Positions 20,492 to 32,700 of a stretch of DNA of 64,000 bases are shown in pieces. How positions within the stretch are numbered: position 1 is the first letter of the stretch; the number at the start of each line of letters is the position of its first letter. The stretch spans positions 32,001 through 96,000 of IMG/VR virus record IMGVR_UViG_3300044729_002678, one strand, 5' to 3'. Source of the DNA: a virus. Made by a program: the position numbers and the translations under genes. The notes beneath the pieces are model-generated. The model was not told where the DNA came from. It saw only the letters and a list, made by a program, of their open reading frames with translations, and searched no databases.

Positions 20492-21022
20492 TTATATTCC
20501 TATTGGTAAATAGTTATCATTTTTGTTAGAATTCCCAAAGCGAACATCAACCAACTTAATAGATGATTGTTTTGTTACATGCGCAAGACATGAAATAGAA
20601 AGTGATGTTCCATGTCCATCTCCACCATCCCAAGTTTCGGGATTTTTACCTACAAATAATCGGTTTTCATTTATATTATCAACTAAATAATATTCATTAT
20701 CCCAATATATTATATCACCTACATCCGGCTTTACATCTTTATCATCTTTTAAAGTATCTCTTAAAAAGTTAAATGTTGCTGTATGCACATAAGATTGTCC
20801 AAAATCATCTGAAACTGCTTCTGTATCTTGTCTATCAATTAAGCAAGGGATTTTGACTGGATTATAAAAATATTTATCTTTACTTTCCCCATAAAGATTA
20901 ACCAATGATTCATCCAATACAGGTTTGTAATAATAGACTTCCGTATCAATTATTTCATTGATAAGTTCTTTGTTTAATCTTCTAATTAAACTAACATCTC
21001 TTGCCGAACCAAATAGTGCCAT
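20492..21022 (-). CDS. Neck / head completion protein (gp14-like)
   Basis: NLYGES, P.VGDII.W; gene order. Confidence 0.7.
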   Translation of the reverse strand: MALFGSARDVSLIRRLNKELINEIIDTEVYYYKPVLDESLVNLYGESKDKYFYNPVKIPCLIDRQDTEAVSDDFGQSYVHTATFNFLRDTLKDDKDVKPDVGDIIYWDNEYYLVDNINENRLFVGKNPETWDGGDGHGTSLSISCLAHVTKQSSIKLVDVRFGNSNKNDNYLPIGI

Positions 21023-21027
21023 AAATA

Positions 21028-22191
21028 TTACCCTATGTAAATTGGCATTGGAACACGATTGAGGGTTGATTCTAAAAATTCGGTTTCATCCTTCTTTGCT
21101 TCCAAAAGCGCCCTTTTACTTGTTGCTTCCAACATCTCTTTTAATTGTGTTACTAATTGCTCTCTTTCAGTTGCAGATTGATTCCTTAAATCAGAACCAT
21201 CCAAAGTAACTTCTGCGCCAGGTATTGGAATTGAACTAAATTTAGACCTGACCATACCCAATGAATCTTTTACCAAAGCCAATGTGTATTTAAAAATCCA
21301 TTGTCTACCATGCGCACTTATATCACAATAATCCAATCTACCAAATGGGCTATTTGAAAAATCAGATACTACACCCGATTTTGCTATTGGATTATTTCTT
21401 TCAGAATCAAGTGTGTATTCAAAATGAACTTTTGTTCTATGATAAGTATCGCTTGGGAATGGAAATACACGAATCCGTTTTCCATACATCTTAAATCCAA
21501 ATTGGGATTTTCTAATCATATCATTAAACTCAATTGCCTGCAATCTAAGTAGGTCATCATACATAGGCTGCATTAAAAATGAAACACCAGGTGAGTAATT
21601 TCCCCAACCAAAAGTTTCTAACATTTGTTGCGAACCAAGACCCGTTCCAATAAATGGGTCAAAATACCTAACAATGGCAGGTGGATTTTCATGATACAAT
21701 TTACGAATTGTAATTGAATCGGTTGATAAATTACCTGCCTCTAAACTTACAATAGTACTATCTGATAAATCATAAATTTGCTTTCCACTAACTAACTCAA
21801 AAGAACCAGTGTAATGGGTCAATGTTCCGCCGGATTTTGCTTCAGTTCCATAATCTGCGGCAATGTTTATTATTCCACTAAAATTATTATTTATTAATTT
21901 CCCATTTAAATTATTGGTCAATAAAGAACCCTGTAAACTTAATAGGTTTTCCTTTGTCCTATATTGATTTAATTGTGATGAAAATTCATCTGTTGCTTCC
22001 TCAAAGCAGGCGTAAAAATCTATATCTTGTAGTTCTATATCTACAACAGGATAACCCAATCTACGAGCGCACCATGTTATTACCGAATCAGCATCTGTCT
22101 GAAAATCGTAATCATTATCGAACCACCCAAATGGTGTTTTGCCGGGAAAGAATGATGATGAACCAGGATATATTGCGATATTTACTGCCAT
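21028..22191 (-). CDS. Neck protein (gp13-like)
   Basis: RRLGYPVVDIEL, W...Y.LAL.K..LG..RSKF..IP.PG..VTL.G. Confidence 0.8.
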   Translation of the reverse strand: MAVNIAIYPGSSSFFPGKTPFGWFDNDYDFQTDADSVITWCARRLGYPVVDIELQDIDFYACFEEATDEFSSQLNQYRTKENLLSLQGSLLTNNLNGKLINNNFSGIINIAADYGTEAKSGGTLTHYTGSFELVSGKQIYDLSDSTIVSLEAGNLSTDSITIRKLYHENPPAIVRYFDPFIGTGLGSQQMLETFGWGNYSPGVSFLMQPMYDDLLRLQAIEFNDMIRKSQFGFKMYGKRIRVFPFPSDTYHRTKVHFEYTLDSERNNPIAKSGVVSDFSNSPFGRLDYCDISAHGRQWIFKYTLALVKDSLGMVRSKFSSIPIPGAEVTLDGSDLRNQSATEREQLVTQLKEMLEATSKRALLEAKKDETEFLESTLNRVPMPIYIG

Positions 22192-22208
22192 TTTGTGTTA
22201 CCTATGTT

Positions 22209-22601
22209 TTATTCACCAAGTATATCGGTTGGTGTGGTTTCTTCACTATTATCTTCTTCAACAATAGTTTCTTCGGTTTCAGTTGTTACTTCTTCAACAA
22301 CAGGCTTAACATAATGTTCAAATGTTGAAAACTCATTTACTTCATTTGCAGATTTTAAATGGTTTATAACATAATTCTCCAAAGCATTCAATAATTGGTC
22401 ATGCCCATTTGTTATAGAATTATCATAAACAAGTTCCGATTTATCAATAGATTGATACGCAACAGTTCCATTATTATCAATATGAACATCGAGCGCAATT
22501 CCGCCTGGATATACCAAATGTGGAACAAGTGTTAAAATTGGTGATTGGTGAATTAAACCAGTTGTTGGGTTTTGAAAAAATCCTGTTACTTTAATTGCCA
22601 T
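22209..22601 (-). CDS. Hypothetical protein with an acidic C-terminus
   Basis: 130-aa ORF with AGGAGA SD and late motif. Confidence 0.7.
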   Translation of the reverse strand: MAIKVTGFFQNPTTGLIHQSPILTLVPHLVYPGGIALDVHIDNNGTVAYQSIDKSELVYDNSITNGHDQLLNALENYVINHLKSANEVNEFSTFEHYVKPVVEEVTTETEETIVEEDNSEETTPTDILGE

Positions 22602-22633
22602 ATATACTTTCTCCTATTTTATATAAATAGTTT

Positions 22634-22804
22634 TTATTTTTGTTTATTACCCCGCTTTTCCAATTTCTCCATCACTTCTGTATGTGTTAATAGTTTACCA
22701 CTTTGAGATGCCATTTGTTGAAATTCTTCCATAGTAATTTGAATAATGGGTTTACCACTATCTTTGATATGTTGGAGGAGTTGAGGTGTTGGTTTAAGGA
22801 ACAT
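22634..22804 (-). CDS. Small hypothetical protein, 56 aa (not in the ORF track)
   Basis: MFLKPTPQLLQHIKDSGKPIIQITMEEFQQMASQSGKLLTHTEVMEKLEKRGNKQK; starts directly after the upstream stop. Confidence 0.55.
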   Translation of the reverse strand: MFLKPTPQLLQHIKDSGKPIIQITMEEFQQMASQSGKLLTHTEVMEKLEKRGNKQK

Positions 22805-22805
22805 A

Positions 22806-25800
22806 TTAGACTCCCTTAATATAACAGGGAATTAAAACAATATCCCCACCTGCAGCTCCTAATTTTATTTCTATCCAATAATCCGGTTCTGTAAGATATT
22901 TACTTGTATTACCCGATTGTCCTATCGCAGTATCTGGCGTTCCGTTTTGTTCTGTTGGGGAGGCTGAAAATTGAGTAGCATCAATTCTAATATATTTACT
23001 ACTTGCTGGGTCGGATGATAAATGTATCCATTCTGATGCAGTTCCTGTTTGAATTCCAACATTATCCCCTGCTACTATTTTAGTATTACTACTTCTAACA
23101 ATTTCAAATAATTGAGAAGGAGTGTTTGTTCCAATACCCACTCTACCACTACCCGTAACAAATAGGGTATTTGCTAAGGTAGGTGAACCCACATGAAGTA
23201 ATCCATCTACTGCTGCTCCACTAACATATAATCGGGCTGATGGATTAGTTAGGCCTATACCCACATTTCCACTTGAACTAATGTGCATTCTAACTGTACC
23301 ATTTGTCTCAAATTGTAGGTTTTGATTATCATTTGTACCTAAAAGAGCAGTTGCACCAAATGAATTACCATTTTGGAGGAAAGCACCGTTTAAGAATGAA
23401 GCCGTTAGTGCATTTGTTGCCCAACTTGATGTTATATTATAAGTACCTGTTGGTAAGAATGATGCGGTTTGAGCGTTTTGGGCCCAAGAGGATGTTCCAA
23501 ATAAAGAGCCTGTAAATGAAGTTGCGGTTACACCACCTGCTACTTCTAAACGATTTGTAGGGGAACTTGTTCCAATACCAACATTACCACTACCACTTGC
23601 TAACACCATTATGTCAGTCCAAGTAATATTATTACCAGTAGTTCCTGCTCCAGCATATCTAAATCTCATTTGGTTATTACCACCCATATCTATTGCCCAG
23701 GCAGTATCATTACCTGCATATCTCCAAGCTGCTGATTGAGATGGAATTGCATTATACATTATTTGGGGATATGCGGTTGCTGAAGCACCAACATAAATTC
23801 TTCCAGGTAAAATAGCATGAACACCATTAAAGCTACTTCCGGCTGCATCTAATGAAGAACTTCCGTTGCTTACTGTCGATATCTGTAATTTTGCTGTTGG
23901 GGTTGTTGTACCTATACCCACATTACCACTTGAACTAACATAAAGATGTGATGTATTGAATGCTGATGTGCCATCATTTAATATGGTTAAAGATGCTGAT
24001 GCGTTACTGTTTTCTACCCTTAATGCGGTTGTTGCAGAAGTTGCCCCACTGCCTTTTATTTCTAGTTTTGCAGATGGTGAGCTTTCTCCGATTCCTACAA
24101 AGCCAGTAGAACCTACAATTCTCATTATTTCGGGTTGTGTTATTGCTCCGGCATAAAATGATAAATCATTTGTTCCAAAAACACCACCAGCATCTGATAA
24201 CATATACGCTGAGGTGTGTCCAAAACTTGAGCTTGGAACTCCTGCTCCCGTATTGCTGTATCGTATGAAGGGACTAAAACTACCTAAATTATTACCGCCA
24301 ATTGCAAATCCTGAATTGATATTTACATTACCGCCCGCAACAGTTAGGGTTGATAATGGGGTTGTTGTTCCTAACCCCAGTCTACTATTGCTTTCATCTA
24401 AATAAACAAGCGAAGATGTAACAGGCTGTCCATTACTCCTTCCTACCATTACTCTACCAATTTCCCAATTGGGTAAATCATTAAACCAATTCGGTCCTTG
24501 AATTACAGTAGAACCATTTGATGCGTTTACTTTTTCTACATTTCCTATTTTTTGAATAAAAGCAGAACCAGTTGGTTTTATATTTGTATAACCCCCACCA
24601 ACAGCAATATAAACATTATCACCGGAATTAAAAGCTGATGTATCTAAGTTACTTATATACCCAGATAAGTAAATATTTCCTTCACTTCCTGCTGTTATTT
24701 GTTCTCCCGCAACACCACCAGCTGGCATCCTATTGGGATTTGAAGCATCTGCGGGTAAAATACCTACTATGTTACCCGATGTGCCTGAACTTGTAAAGTA
24801 TAAGGGTGTTCCTTTTTGGATTGTAGAAACTCCGACATTTTTACCAGTTATAATAACATTTTCTGCAAAATTATCTCTCCACTCCACACCCGTAGATGTT
24901 GTGAATAAAATTTGGTCAGCTGTCCCCGCAGTTCCTAAATTATCGTATAACGGCCCTTTTAGTGAAAGAGAACCTGTTGTATTGATACTACCCGTAAATG
25001 TATGGGTATCATCTAAGCTATTACCAAATTGAGTTGAGCCTGATTGATATATAATACTTGCCGAAACAAATTCGGTATGAAACTCTTCCGCGGTTATTCT
25101 TCCCGTTACTATTACATTTCCATCAACATATAATTTTTCGGTTGGGTTTGATGTACCTATTCCTACATTCCCTGTGCTTGTGATGCGCATGCGTTCAGTA
25201 ACTGTTGAACTAGGATAGTTGTAAAATATAAAATCACTTGTTGCGTATAAAATAGTCGAGCCCCCTTGAAATACTGAACCAATTTGGGCGTTGTTAGATG
25301 TGTCAAATTTTAATAAAGCTAAACTTGAACCCCCTGTATTTTTGCTAAGGAAACTTCTGTTATTTTCGATTAATATATCACCGTCAATAACATGCAACTT
25401 AGCACTTGGTGAAGTTGTTCCTATACCTACATTACCACTTGCACTTATAAAGAAATATTCAGCACCTGTAGTACTTTGTACTCTCATTAGATTGTCGGTA
25501 GCAACAGTTCCACTTATGTGTAATGATGCGGTTGGAAACCTCGTTCCAATTCCCATTCTTGCAGAACCTACCGTTGTTCCTACTGAGTCAATTGTTACAA
25601 CGGCATCTGTAAGTGCGGTTGCTGATGTAGAACTATTATTATTTAATAAAAAGTGTATTTTACCACTTGCGTTTGTGCCCCCACCGTGGGTTTCCGTGCG
25701 CTCAAAAACAAGTGCGGATTTTCTATATGAAGTATTGGCTTGTTCTACATAACCAAATGATATTCCTGAAAAACTATTATTGGAAAATTGGGCTCCAAAA

Positions 25801-26237
25801 CTTGCTGCTATACCACTTACTCCCCCATTATACACGTCAAATAATCTTTGTGGAGTTTCCGTTCCTACACCAACTCTACCACTTGAACTAATTACCAATT
25901 GTCCTTGAGTTCCGTTTGCACCAAGTCGTAATCTATTTCCAGAAGTAGCATATATTGATGCAAAGCCGGTATCCCAAGTTAATACACCATACGATGTTTG
26001 AGAAGAACCAACACCCCAATTAGAAACACCACTACCATCAGTCCAAAATCCATTATTCCTAAAACTACCATTTACATCCAATTTAAAACCAGGTGTTCCT
26101 GTTCCAATTCCTACATTTCCACTACCACTTACAAATAGAATATTGGTGTTAGATGGCGAACTAACTCTAAGCAGATTAGCATTCGATGAACCTGTTATAG
26201 TAACATCATCTTTTATTGTGGGAGAAAATATATCCAT
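22806..26237 (-). CDS. Fibre protein with GNVGIGT repeats
   Basis: 1143 aa; many SGNVGIGT.xP beta-repeat units. Confidence 0.75.
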   Translation of the reverse strand: MDIFSPTIKDDVTITGSSNANLLRVSSPSNTNILFVSGSGNVGIGTGTPGFKLDVNGSFRNNGFWTDGSGVSNWGVGSSQTSYGVLTWDTGFASIYATSGNRLRLGANGTQGQLVISSSGRVGVGTETPQRLFDVYNGGVSGIAASFGAQFSNNSFSGISFGYVEQANTSYRKSALVFERTETHGGGTNASGKIHFLLNNNSSTSATALTDAVVTIDSVGTTVGSARMGIGTRFPTASLHISGTVATDNLMRVQSTTGAEYFFISASGNVGIGTTSPSAKLHVIDGDILIENNRSFLSKNTGGSSLALLKFDTSNNAQIGSVFQGGSTILYATSDFIFYNYPSSTVTERMRITSTGNVGIGTSNPTEKLYVDGNVIVTGRITAEEFHTEFVSASIIYQSGSTQFGNSLDDTHTFTGSINTTGSLSLKGPLYDNLGTAGTADQILFTTSTGVEWRDNFAENVIITGKNVGVSTIQKGTPLYFTSSGTSGNIVGILPADASNPNRMPAGGVAGEQITAGSEGNIYLSGYISNLDTSAFNSGDNVYIAVGGGYTNIKPTGSAFIQKIGNVEKVNASNGSTVIQGPNWFNDLPNWEIGRVMVGRSNGQPVTSSLVYLDESNSRLGLGTTTPLSTLTVAGGNVNINSGFAIGGNNLGSFSPFIRYSNTGAGVPSSSFGHTSAYMLSDAGGVFGTNDLSFYAGAITQPEIMRIVGSTGFVGIGESSPSAKLEIKGSGATSATTALRVENSNASASLTILNDGTSAFNTSHLYVSSSGNVGIGTTTPTAKLQISTVSNGSSSLDAAGSSFNGVHAILPGRIYVGASATAYPQIMYNAIPSQSAAWRYAGNDTAWAIDMGGNNQMRFRYAGAGTTGNNITWTDIMVLASGSGNVGIGTSSPTNRLEVAGGVTATSFTGSLFGTSSWAQNAQTASFLPTGTYNITSSWATNALTASFLNGAFLQNGNSFGATALLGTNDNQNLQFETNGTVRMHISSSGNVGIGLTNPSARLYVSGAAVDGLLHVGSPTLANTLFVTGSGRVGIGTNTPSQLFEIVRSSNTKIVAGDNVGIQTGTASEWIHLSSDPASSKYIRIDATQFSASPTEQNGTPDTAIGQSGNTSKYLTEPDYWIEIKLGAAGGDIVLIPCYIKGV

Positions 26238-26240
26238 CTA

Positions 26241-29051
26241 TTAATAAAATATTAAACTTCTAAAGAAAGGTGTATCATTACTTCTCATATAATATAGGTA
26301 ATTCAACCCACCATCCTCACTTTGCTTAATAACCATTCTTTGACATTGTCTTGCAGTTGAGTTACCTGCTGGTAATGTTGAAGCACCATTTTCCATAATG
26401 TCCCTATCAGTATCTATGTAAATAAATTGAGCTGATATGTTGGGTTGAATATAAATTCTATTAGCACCATCGTAACTGATAGTAGTACCATCGGTTAAGT
26501 TAAAGTTGGTTGAGTGATGCCAAGGTGGTATAAATGGATACTCATACATCATCGTTGCTATATTATACTTAACAAATCTTAATGTTGAGTTGGCTTCAAA
26601 ACAATAAATGTATTTACCTAATGAGTTGGATGGTGTTAAGTTACTACCACTTTCTCTACCATAAATCCATTTCATATCAGCGCCGCCAGCACCTGATGTG
26701 GTTGATGTAGTATTTCTTCTACCTGTTGGTAATATCGAATACACAGTTGTTGTATCAGGAGTTGCAGTAGTACCATTGGCGGTATTGGTTGTTCCAAATG
26801 TTATAGTATTGTTTGTGTTGGATGAAATTGTTGCTTCTTGCCCTACACCTGTTCCTGCTATAAATCTAACCTGCGAACCCACCCAAAAATTAGTAGGCCA
26901 GTTTTTAGTTGTATCTACTAATGTTGAAGTAGTACCACCTGTCGCTGAACCAAATCCCCGAGATGATGATAATTCAACTGATAAAGTTACATTTCCAGCA
27001 GTTGCTGTTGCATTAGCCGAAATTGAAGCTGTTATGAATAATCCGTTTGAACTTGTTTCATAAGAACGTAAAAATGTTCCTGCTGCTATTCCACTACCCG
27101 TAATAGGAGCACCGACTGGAATTGCTTGAATTGTCGCTAATTGAGATGATGCGGTTAAAAATATTAAATTTGAAGCGTTTACGGTACTTGCTACTGGGTA
27201 AAAACTTGCTGTTCCTGTGGTGATACTGGTATCTAAACCATAACTTGCTCCAAAAGCTTGAGGACTTAATATATTGTATCCCCAAACCGCGGTATTACCT
27301 GTTAAAGTAGTAGCAGAAGCCATAGCTGTTGCTAAGGTTAATGACTGTGAAGTATTTGCTGTAATTCTTGAATAGTTTGTAGTAGGACCTGTTGGCGAGC
27401 TACTCCATACTTGAAGAACACTACCTACCCATTGATTAGCAACCCAGTTTTTAGATGTATCAAATAATAATGTAGTAGTATGGGTGTTAAATCCAGCGTT
27501 TGCGGCTGGAGTACTTGCCATACCATAAGTAAACTGAGTAGGCTGTGTAGCACCTGTTAAAGTCGCTGATAACGGATATGAAGATGTTGCTATAAATGTT
27601 CCGTTATAAATTGAAGCATCTGAACCCGTTGCTCCCGTAATTGTAATTCTATCACCGGTCTCAAACGGATGCCCAGTAATAGTTGTTACAGTTGCTATAT
27701 TACCCGTTCTTGTAATTGCTGAAATTGGTATTTGGAAACTAAAAGATGACGAATACCTAACCGATGCTACACTAGCTACCCCATCTTCTAATCTTTGTGA
27801 AGGATAAAATGAATTATTTAAGTTCGAGAATTGTCCCATAGTAGCAAAATTACCACCACTTAAATATGATTTATCATCATCTGCTATTACTTCGTATTGG
27901 TCACTAGCGGCCGGTGTTATATCTAATGGAGCTGCAAATTCAAGAGTATTTGTAGTATTTGAGGTAATCATCCTCTCTAATCCCGTTGTTTTATTTTTAA
28001 ATCTATAATTCCTCCATTGATTTATACTCCAGTTTTGCGAAGTATCAACTGATGAAGTTGGTGAACCACTTGTTACGCTACCAGTAGTAAATATCGGAGT
28101 TAAATCGGCTGAAATTGGTTCATATTGTAGTTGAGTTGCAGCTAAATAGTTTGGCATTACGCCTGTTTGTGTGTGTAATGGAAACCAGGTAGCATATAAA
28201 GGATCATATCTATATGCTAAAAAGAAAGCGTTTGTTGAAATATTTTGAACACTTACTAATGAACCACAATTGATTTCAAATCTCGAACTTTTATCTAAAT
28301 TAGTTGTCCAAGGTGAATTAACTGTAATTGTACTTCTTTGAATCACGCATCGAGTAGCAGTACCTACAGCGATAGGATTTGAATCATATACATGATTATA
28401 TGCTTGATTTGGGTCAGTCACATGCCATTCTGCGTTAGCAAAAAATAATGTATCGTTGTTATTGTATAATACTCTTCTTACAAAATATTGTTGCGAAGTA
28501 CCTAAATATGCTCTAACCTGATATCCTCTCCATTGATTTACCACCCATTTTTTAGTTGTATCGGTTATAGAAGTTACACCAGTAGATGTGTTTGTATATG
28601 TTGCGGTTGGAGTTAAATATTCTATATTTTCAGGTTGAGTACATCCAGTAATTGTTCTTTCTTGTCCTCTACCTAAACCCGCTATTACTTTAATTTTAAG
28701 TCCTATTACCGCACTTTCGTTGATAAATCCGCCTTGAGCGGTTGAACTACCGCTTGTGCCAACTATAAAATTACCATAATGTCCTTGACTTAAATCCCAA
28801 CCACCACCAATTGTTGAAGCTGGGGAGTTTGGTAGTAAAGCTCCAAGTGTACTCCATGAATCACCAAAAGTATCGTATTGATACATTGTTGTAGCACTAG
28901 TGCTAAAAATATATCTATTCCATCTGCTTGAAGTAGCTGCGGTTGGAAAATTGTAAAGTGTTGTGCCTATTGTAGATGTGAAGGGTGAATATCTCATCCA
29001 TTCCCATACAGGTTGGTCTACTAATTTAACTAATCGTTTTGTAAGTGCCAT
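26241..29051 (-). CDS. Virion structural / receptor-binding protein with DTxxxWxxNxW repeats
   Basis: 936 aa, Thr-rich; four repeat units. Confidence 0.6.
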   Translation of the reverse strand: MALTKRLVKLVDQPVWEWMRYSPFTSTIGTTLYNFPTAATSSRWNRYIFSTSATTMYQYDTFGDSWSTLGALLPNSPASTIGGGWDLSQGHYGNFIVGTSGSSTAQGGFINESAVIGLKIKVIAGLGRGQERTITGCTQPENIEYLTPTATYTNTSTGVTSITDTTKKWVVNQWRGYQVRAYLGTSQQYFVRRVLYNNNDTLFFANAEWHVTDPNQAYNHVYDSNPIAVGTATRCVIQRSTITVNSPWTTNLDKSSRFEINCGSLVSVQNISTNAFFLAYRYDPLYATWFPLHTQTGVMPNYLAATQLQYEPISADLTPIFTTGSVTSGSPTSSVDTSQNWSINQWRNYRFKNKTTGLERMITSNTTNTLEFAAPLDITPAASDQYEVIADDDKSYLSGGNFATMGQFSNLNNSFYPSQRLEDGVASVASVRYSSSFSFQIPISAITRTGNIATVTTITGHPFETGDRITITGATGSDASIYNGTFIATSSYPLSATLTGATQPTQFTYGMASTPAANAGFNTHTTTLLFDTSKNWVANQWVGSVLQVWSSSPTGPTTNYSRITANTSQSLTLATAMASATTLTGNTAVWGYNILSPQAFGASYGLDTSITTGTASFYPVASTVNASNLIFLTASSQLATIQAIPVGAPITGSGIAAGTFLRSYETSSNGLFITASISANATATAGNVTLSVELSSSRGFGSATGGTTSTLVDTTKNWPTNFWVGSQVRFIAGTGVGQEATISSNTNNTITFGTTNTANGTTATPDTTTVYSILPTGRRNTTSTTSGAGGADMKWIYGRESGSNLTPSNSLGKYIYCFEANSTLRFVKYNIATMMYEYPFIPPWHHSTNFNLTDGTTISYDGANRIYIQPNISAQFIYIDTDRDIMENGASTLPAGNSTARQCQRMVIKQSEDGGLNYLYYMRSNDTPFFRSLIFY

Positions 29052-29062
29052 AATTTTTTATT

Positions 29063-29581
29063 TTAATTAAATTCCATTGAGTTTCTAAGTGCTGAGTATG
29101 CGATTCTTGATTGGAGGTTGAAAACAGATTCTGCTGCAACTATTGTTGTACTCCCAGCCGGCCCATTTAGATATGTATCAATTCGTGTAATCATAGTTCC
29201 CGAACTTGCTGCCATATCAATTTGTTGCCTACCAGCTGAATCCTGTCTTGATATAGGCTCTAATAACTTAACCATTCTACCTAACAATGCGGTTTGGTCT
29301 TGTAGGTATTGCAGGGATTCTTCTGATGCAGGTGTTAATTGATTTTCTATAAAAATTTGTAATCTATCAGTATTACTCATAGATGTTGTATTGTAATTCA
29401 ATGTCAATACATTATTGGTAATAGTTCCGCCCAAATTAGGGTCTGCAAAATTATAAATAATTAAATTATCAGTAACATTAGTTATTATAAGTAATCGTTC
29501 TAATGTTATAGTTTCGGTAGTATTAAACGTAATTTGCTGTGTTGCAGCGTTGAATGTATAATCCTCAAATAATATTTTCAT
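29063..29581 (-). CDS. Virion structural protein (fibre adaptor-like)
   Basis: YTFNAA...LLIITNVT...IYNFADP N-terminal motif. Confidence 0.55.
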   Translation of the reverse strand: MKILFEDYTFNAATQQITFNTTETITLERLLIITNVTDNLIIYNFADPNLGGTITNNVLTLNYNTTSMSNTDRLQIFIENQLTPASEESLQYLQDQTALLGRMVKLLEPISRQDSAGRQQIDMAASSGTMITRIDTYLNGPAGSTTIVAAESVFNLQSRIAYSALRNSMEFN

Positions 29582-29766
29582 GTTTTTTCTATTTTTATAA
29601 CCCTACATAATTTTGGATAATATTCGTTATTAAATTTTTCAATACAATTATTTGCTTCCTCTTCGGTATTGTATTGAAAAACGGGGATATTACTTTCATC
29701 TACAACAGATGCCCATAAATTACTTCCTTCGTAATGTTGTATTTGTATTTCGTATTTAGTGTTCAT
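29578..29766 (-). CDS. Small hypothetical protein
   Basis: 62 aa, late motif 3 nt before ATG. Confidence 0.55.
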   Translation of the reverse strand: MNTKYEIQIQHYEGSNLWASVVDESNIPVFQYNTEEEANNCIEKFNNEYYPKLCRVIKIEKT

Positions 29767-29784
29767 ATGTATAAATATATATTT

Positions 29785-32700
29785 TTATAAAACAACGGCA
29801 TATGCAAGCATTAAAGCAGTAGTGTTGGTTGGAAGAATACTTCCTACGGTTGCTGTTGCATAACCCGATTGCGATGTTGAAAATGTAATTACGGATTGAT
29901 TATCGGAAGTTCCTGTTATAGAATCAGGTATCACTACCTCATAACTGCTGTTATATATAGTAATAACTGGGGTTCTAAAACTTAAATTGTGATTGAATGT
30001 CCAAGTAGTAGATGCTATGGATTGTGTAAATGTAGCAAAATTTTGGCCTAAAAAATAAGATGCGGTTTGGGCGGTTATTGCGTTTGAAGAACTAACTGCC
30101 CAAGATGATGTTCCAAAAAGTGAACCCGTAAATGATGTTGCAGTTACACCACCTACTACTTGTAATGTGTTTGTTGGTGTTCCTGTCCCAATACCTACAT
30201 TTCCACTACCGCTAACATAAATTATATTATTTACCGCAGGTGAGTCTATTTCAAGTAAGCCACTATTGGATGCTCCGCTGATATGAAGTGAAGCAGATGG
30301 TGAGGTGGTTTTAATACCTAAGTTACCCGCGAAATAATTTTTATCTGTTCCTGCTTGATAGATTCCGTAAGCAGCGTTACTTTGAGTTCCGGCTGTTAAA
30401 GAATCAATGTAAAGACCATATGTATTTGTAATCGTTCCTACACTATTAATAAGTGGTTGAACTTTAACCCCATACATATTAGTTATTGTTTTATTGCTGG
30501 TTTGTGAATATATTTCTATTTCAAGTCCTATTGCGTTAGTAACATTACCACTACCTTCAATATTGACCCCACCTAAAAATCCAGCAACTGTATTTGCAGC
30601 ACCGCTATTACCTGTTCTTCCTGAAGCATAAAATGCTCTTAATATATTTGATGTGCTTGTATTCCTATTTGTAGTAATAACATTTATGGCTCTGTGGTTA
30701 ATAAAGGGCTGTGTTCCGGTTAGATACAATTCACCACTAAGAAATCCATTTGTTTGTCCAACACTCGTTGTATTGTTAGTAAATGTTACTAATCCATCAG
30801 CAGATGCCTCTAATAAATAATATCTTTGTGAACTTGTAAAAGTATAATCTTCTCCTACAAATGTTCTAGCATCATCCCCAACTATTAATCCAGCAATTCC
30901 AGATGAATTTTCTACTCTCAATGTGTTTGTTGCGGATGTTGCACCTGTTCCTCTAATATTCATTTTAGCAGTACCACCGGTCATTCCGATATTCCAATAT
31001 CTATTGGATGTTTCAATACGACCAGCCTCTCCACCATATGATGTAAATCCTAAATTAGCATATGAAGGTTCAAATAAACCTGCTATTGTACTGTTTGTTG
31101 CAAATGTCGGGTCTGCTGCCGTTCCACCAGCCGCAATAACTCTATTAGATGTATATATAGTACCATTTGTACCACCTGATGCCGATACATGTAATTGGTA
31201 TGTTGGGTTACTTGTCCCAATACCTACATTTCCACTACCACTTACATAGATTATGTTATTTACCATAGGAGAGTCTATTTCAAATAGAACACTATTTGAT
31301 GCTCCGCTGATATGTAATTGAGCGGATGGGGATGTTGTACCTATACCTACATTACCTGATGCGGATATAAATACCCTCGTTGTTCCTCCTGTTTCTAATT
31401 GTAAGTTATTAGTATCGTTTGTACCAATGGTCATTACTCCACCCAATGTATTTCCACCATTGAGTATTATTGCATTTGAACCATAGAATAGTCTATTAGA
31501 GTCATTTGTCCATAAATGAGTTGAACTTGGGGCGGATGTTAGGTTAGAATTGTTAAAATCTATACCTTTATAGTTTAATAATGTTCTTCCACGTAATTGA
31601 CCTAAACTTGTATATGTTTCTGCTATATATGAAGCACTACCGTGTGTAATTCCGCCATAATCATCATCTATTGTAATAATCCCCGCGCTCTGTGTAACTA
31701 CCCCATGAAATATACTTCTTCCATAGACATTAAACCCATCTATAGTAGTTGTAATAGCGGGAGTAGCCGCAGTATCTATTTTAACACCTCTAAAAGATGC
31801 CCCCATTCCACCATAAACTTCTATTATATTTCTACGATTTGCAGTTAAAGGGCCTGTTCCATCACCAACTACAAATAAATTATTTATATCCGTTTTTGTT
31901 TCATTGTAATGACCAACTACCAATTGACCTGAAGATGATGCAACAGTACCAATACCCATTACAACTGTTGCTGTTCCTCTTGCCCAAGAACCTGACCCTG
32001 CTGCAAACGAAGCTATACCATCTGCATCGGTTTCTATACCAATACTGAATGCGGCCTGTCCACTTGCTGTTGTATTGATACCAGCGGCATGTGAAGCAAC
32101 GCCTGAAGCAAGTGTTCCAATACCCTCTGCAATAGATGTATTACCTTGTGCAAGAGAAGAACTTCCTATTGCAAATGAACCTTCACCGGTAGCAGTAGTA
32201 GATTTACCAGCCGTAAACGAAGCGTTACCTTCCGCTGAAGAACCACTTCCTACTGCGAATGAACCTGTACCCGTAGCGCGGTTGTTTATACCACCTTTTA
32301 CAGCCGTATCCGAATTAATAGTGATTCCCGTGGCAGTACTGAATCCATCTTGGAATTGAATTGAACCATCGGAATCATCTATAACTAAAGAAACAACAGC
32401 TTCAGTTACAGTATAATCATAATATTCTTGAATAGATGAACTTAAATATCCAATTGAAAATTGGCGGGTTGATGCGCCTACAATAGAAGAACTATTAAAT
32501 ATAAAAGAACTATTTGATTGAGTAACAATCGTAGTTGAAGTCCCAAAAGAAAATAAATTGGAAAAAAATAAATTATCAATTACATCATATGGTATATTTA
32601 AGGAACTGGTTGCAAGATAAAATGGGCTACTTAAAGATGATGAATCCAACCAAGTCAAACTTGCACTTGAAATTGTTGTATAATTACTTAATGCGGGTGT

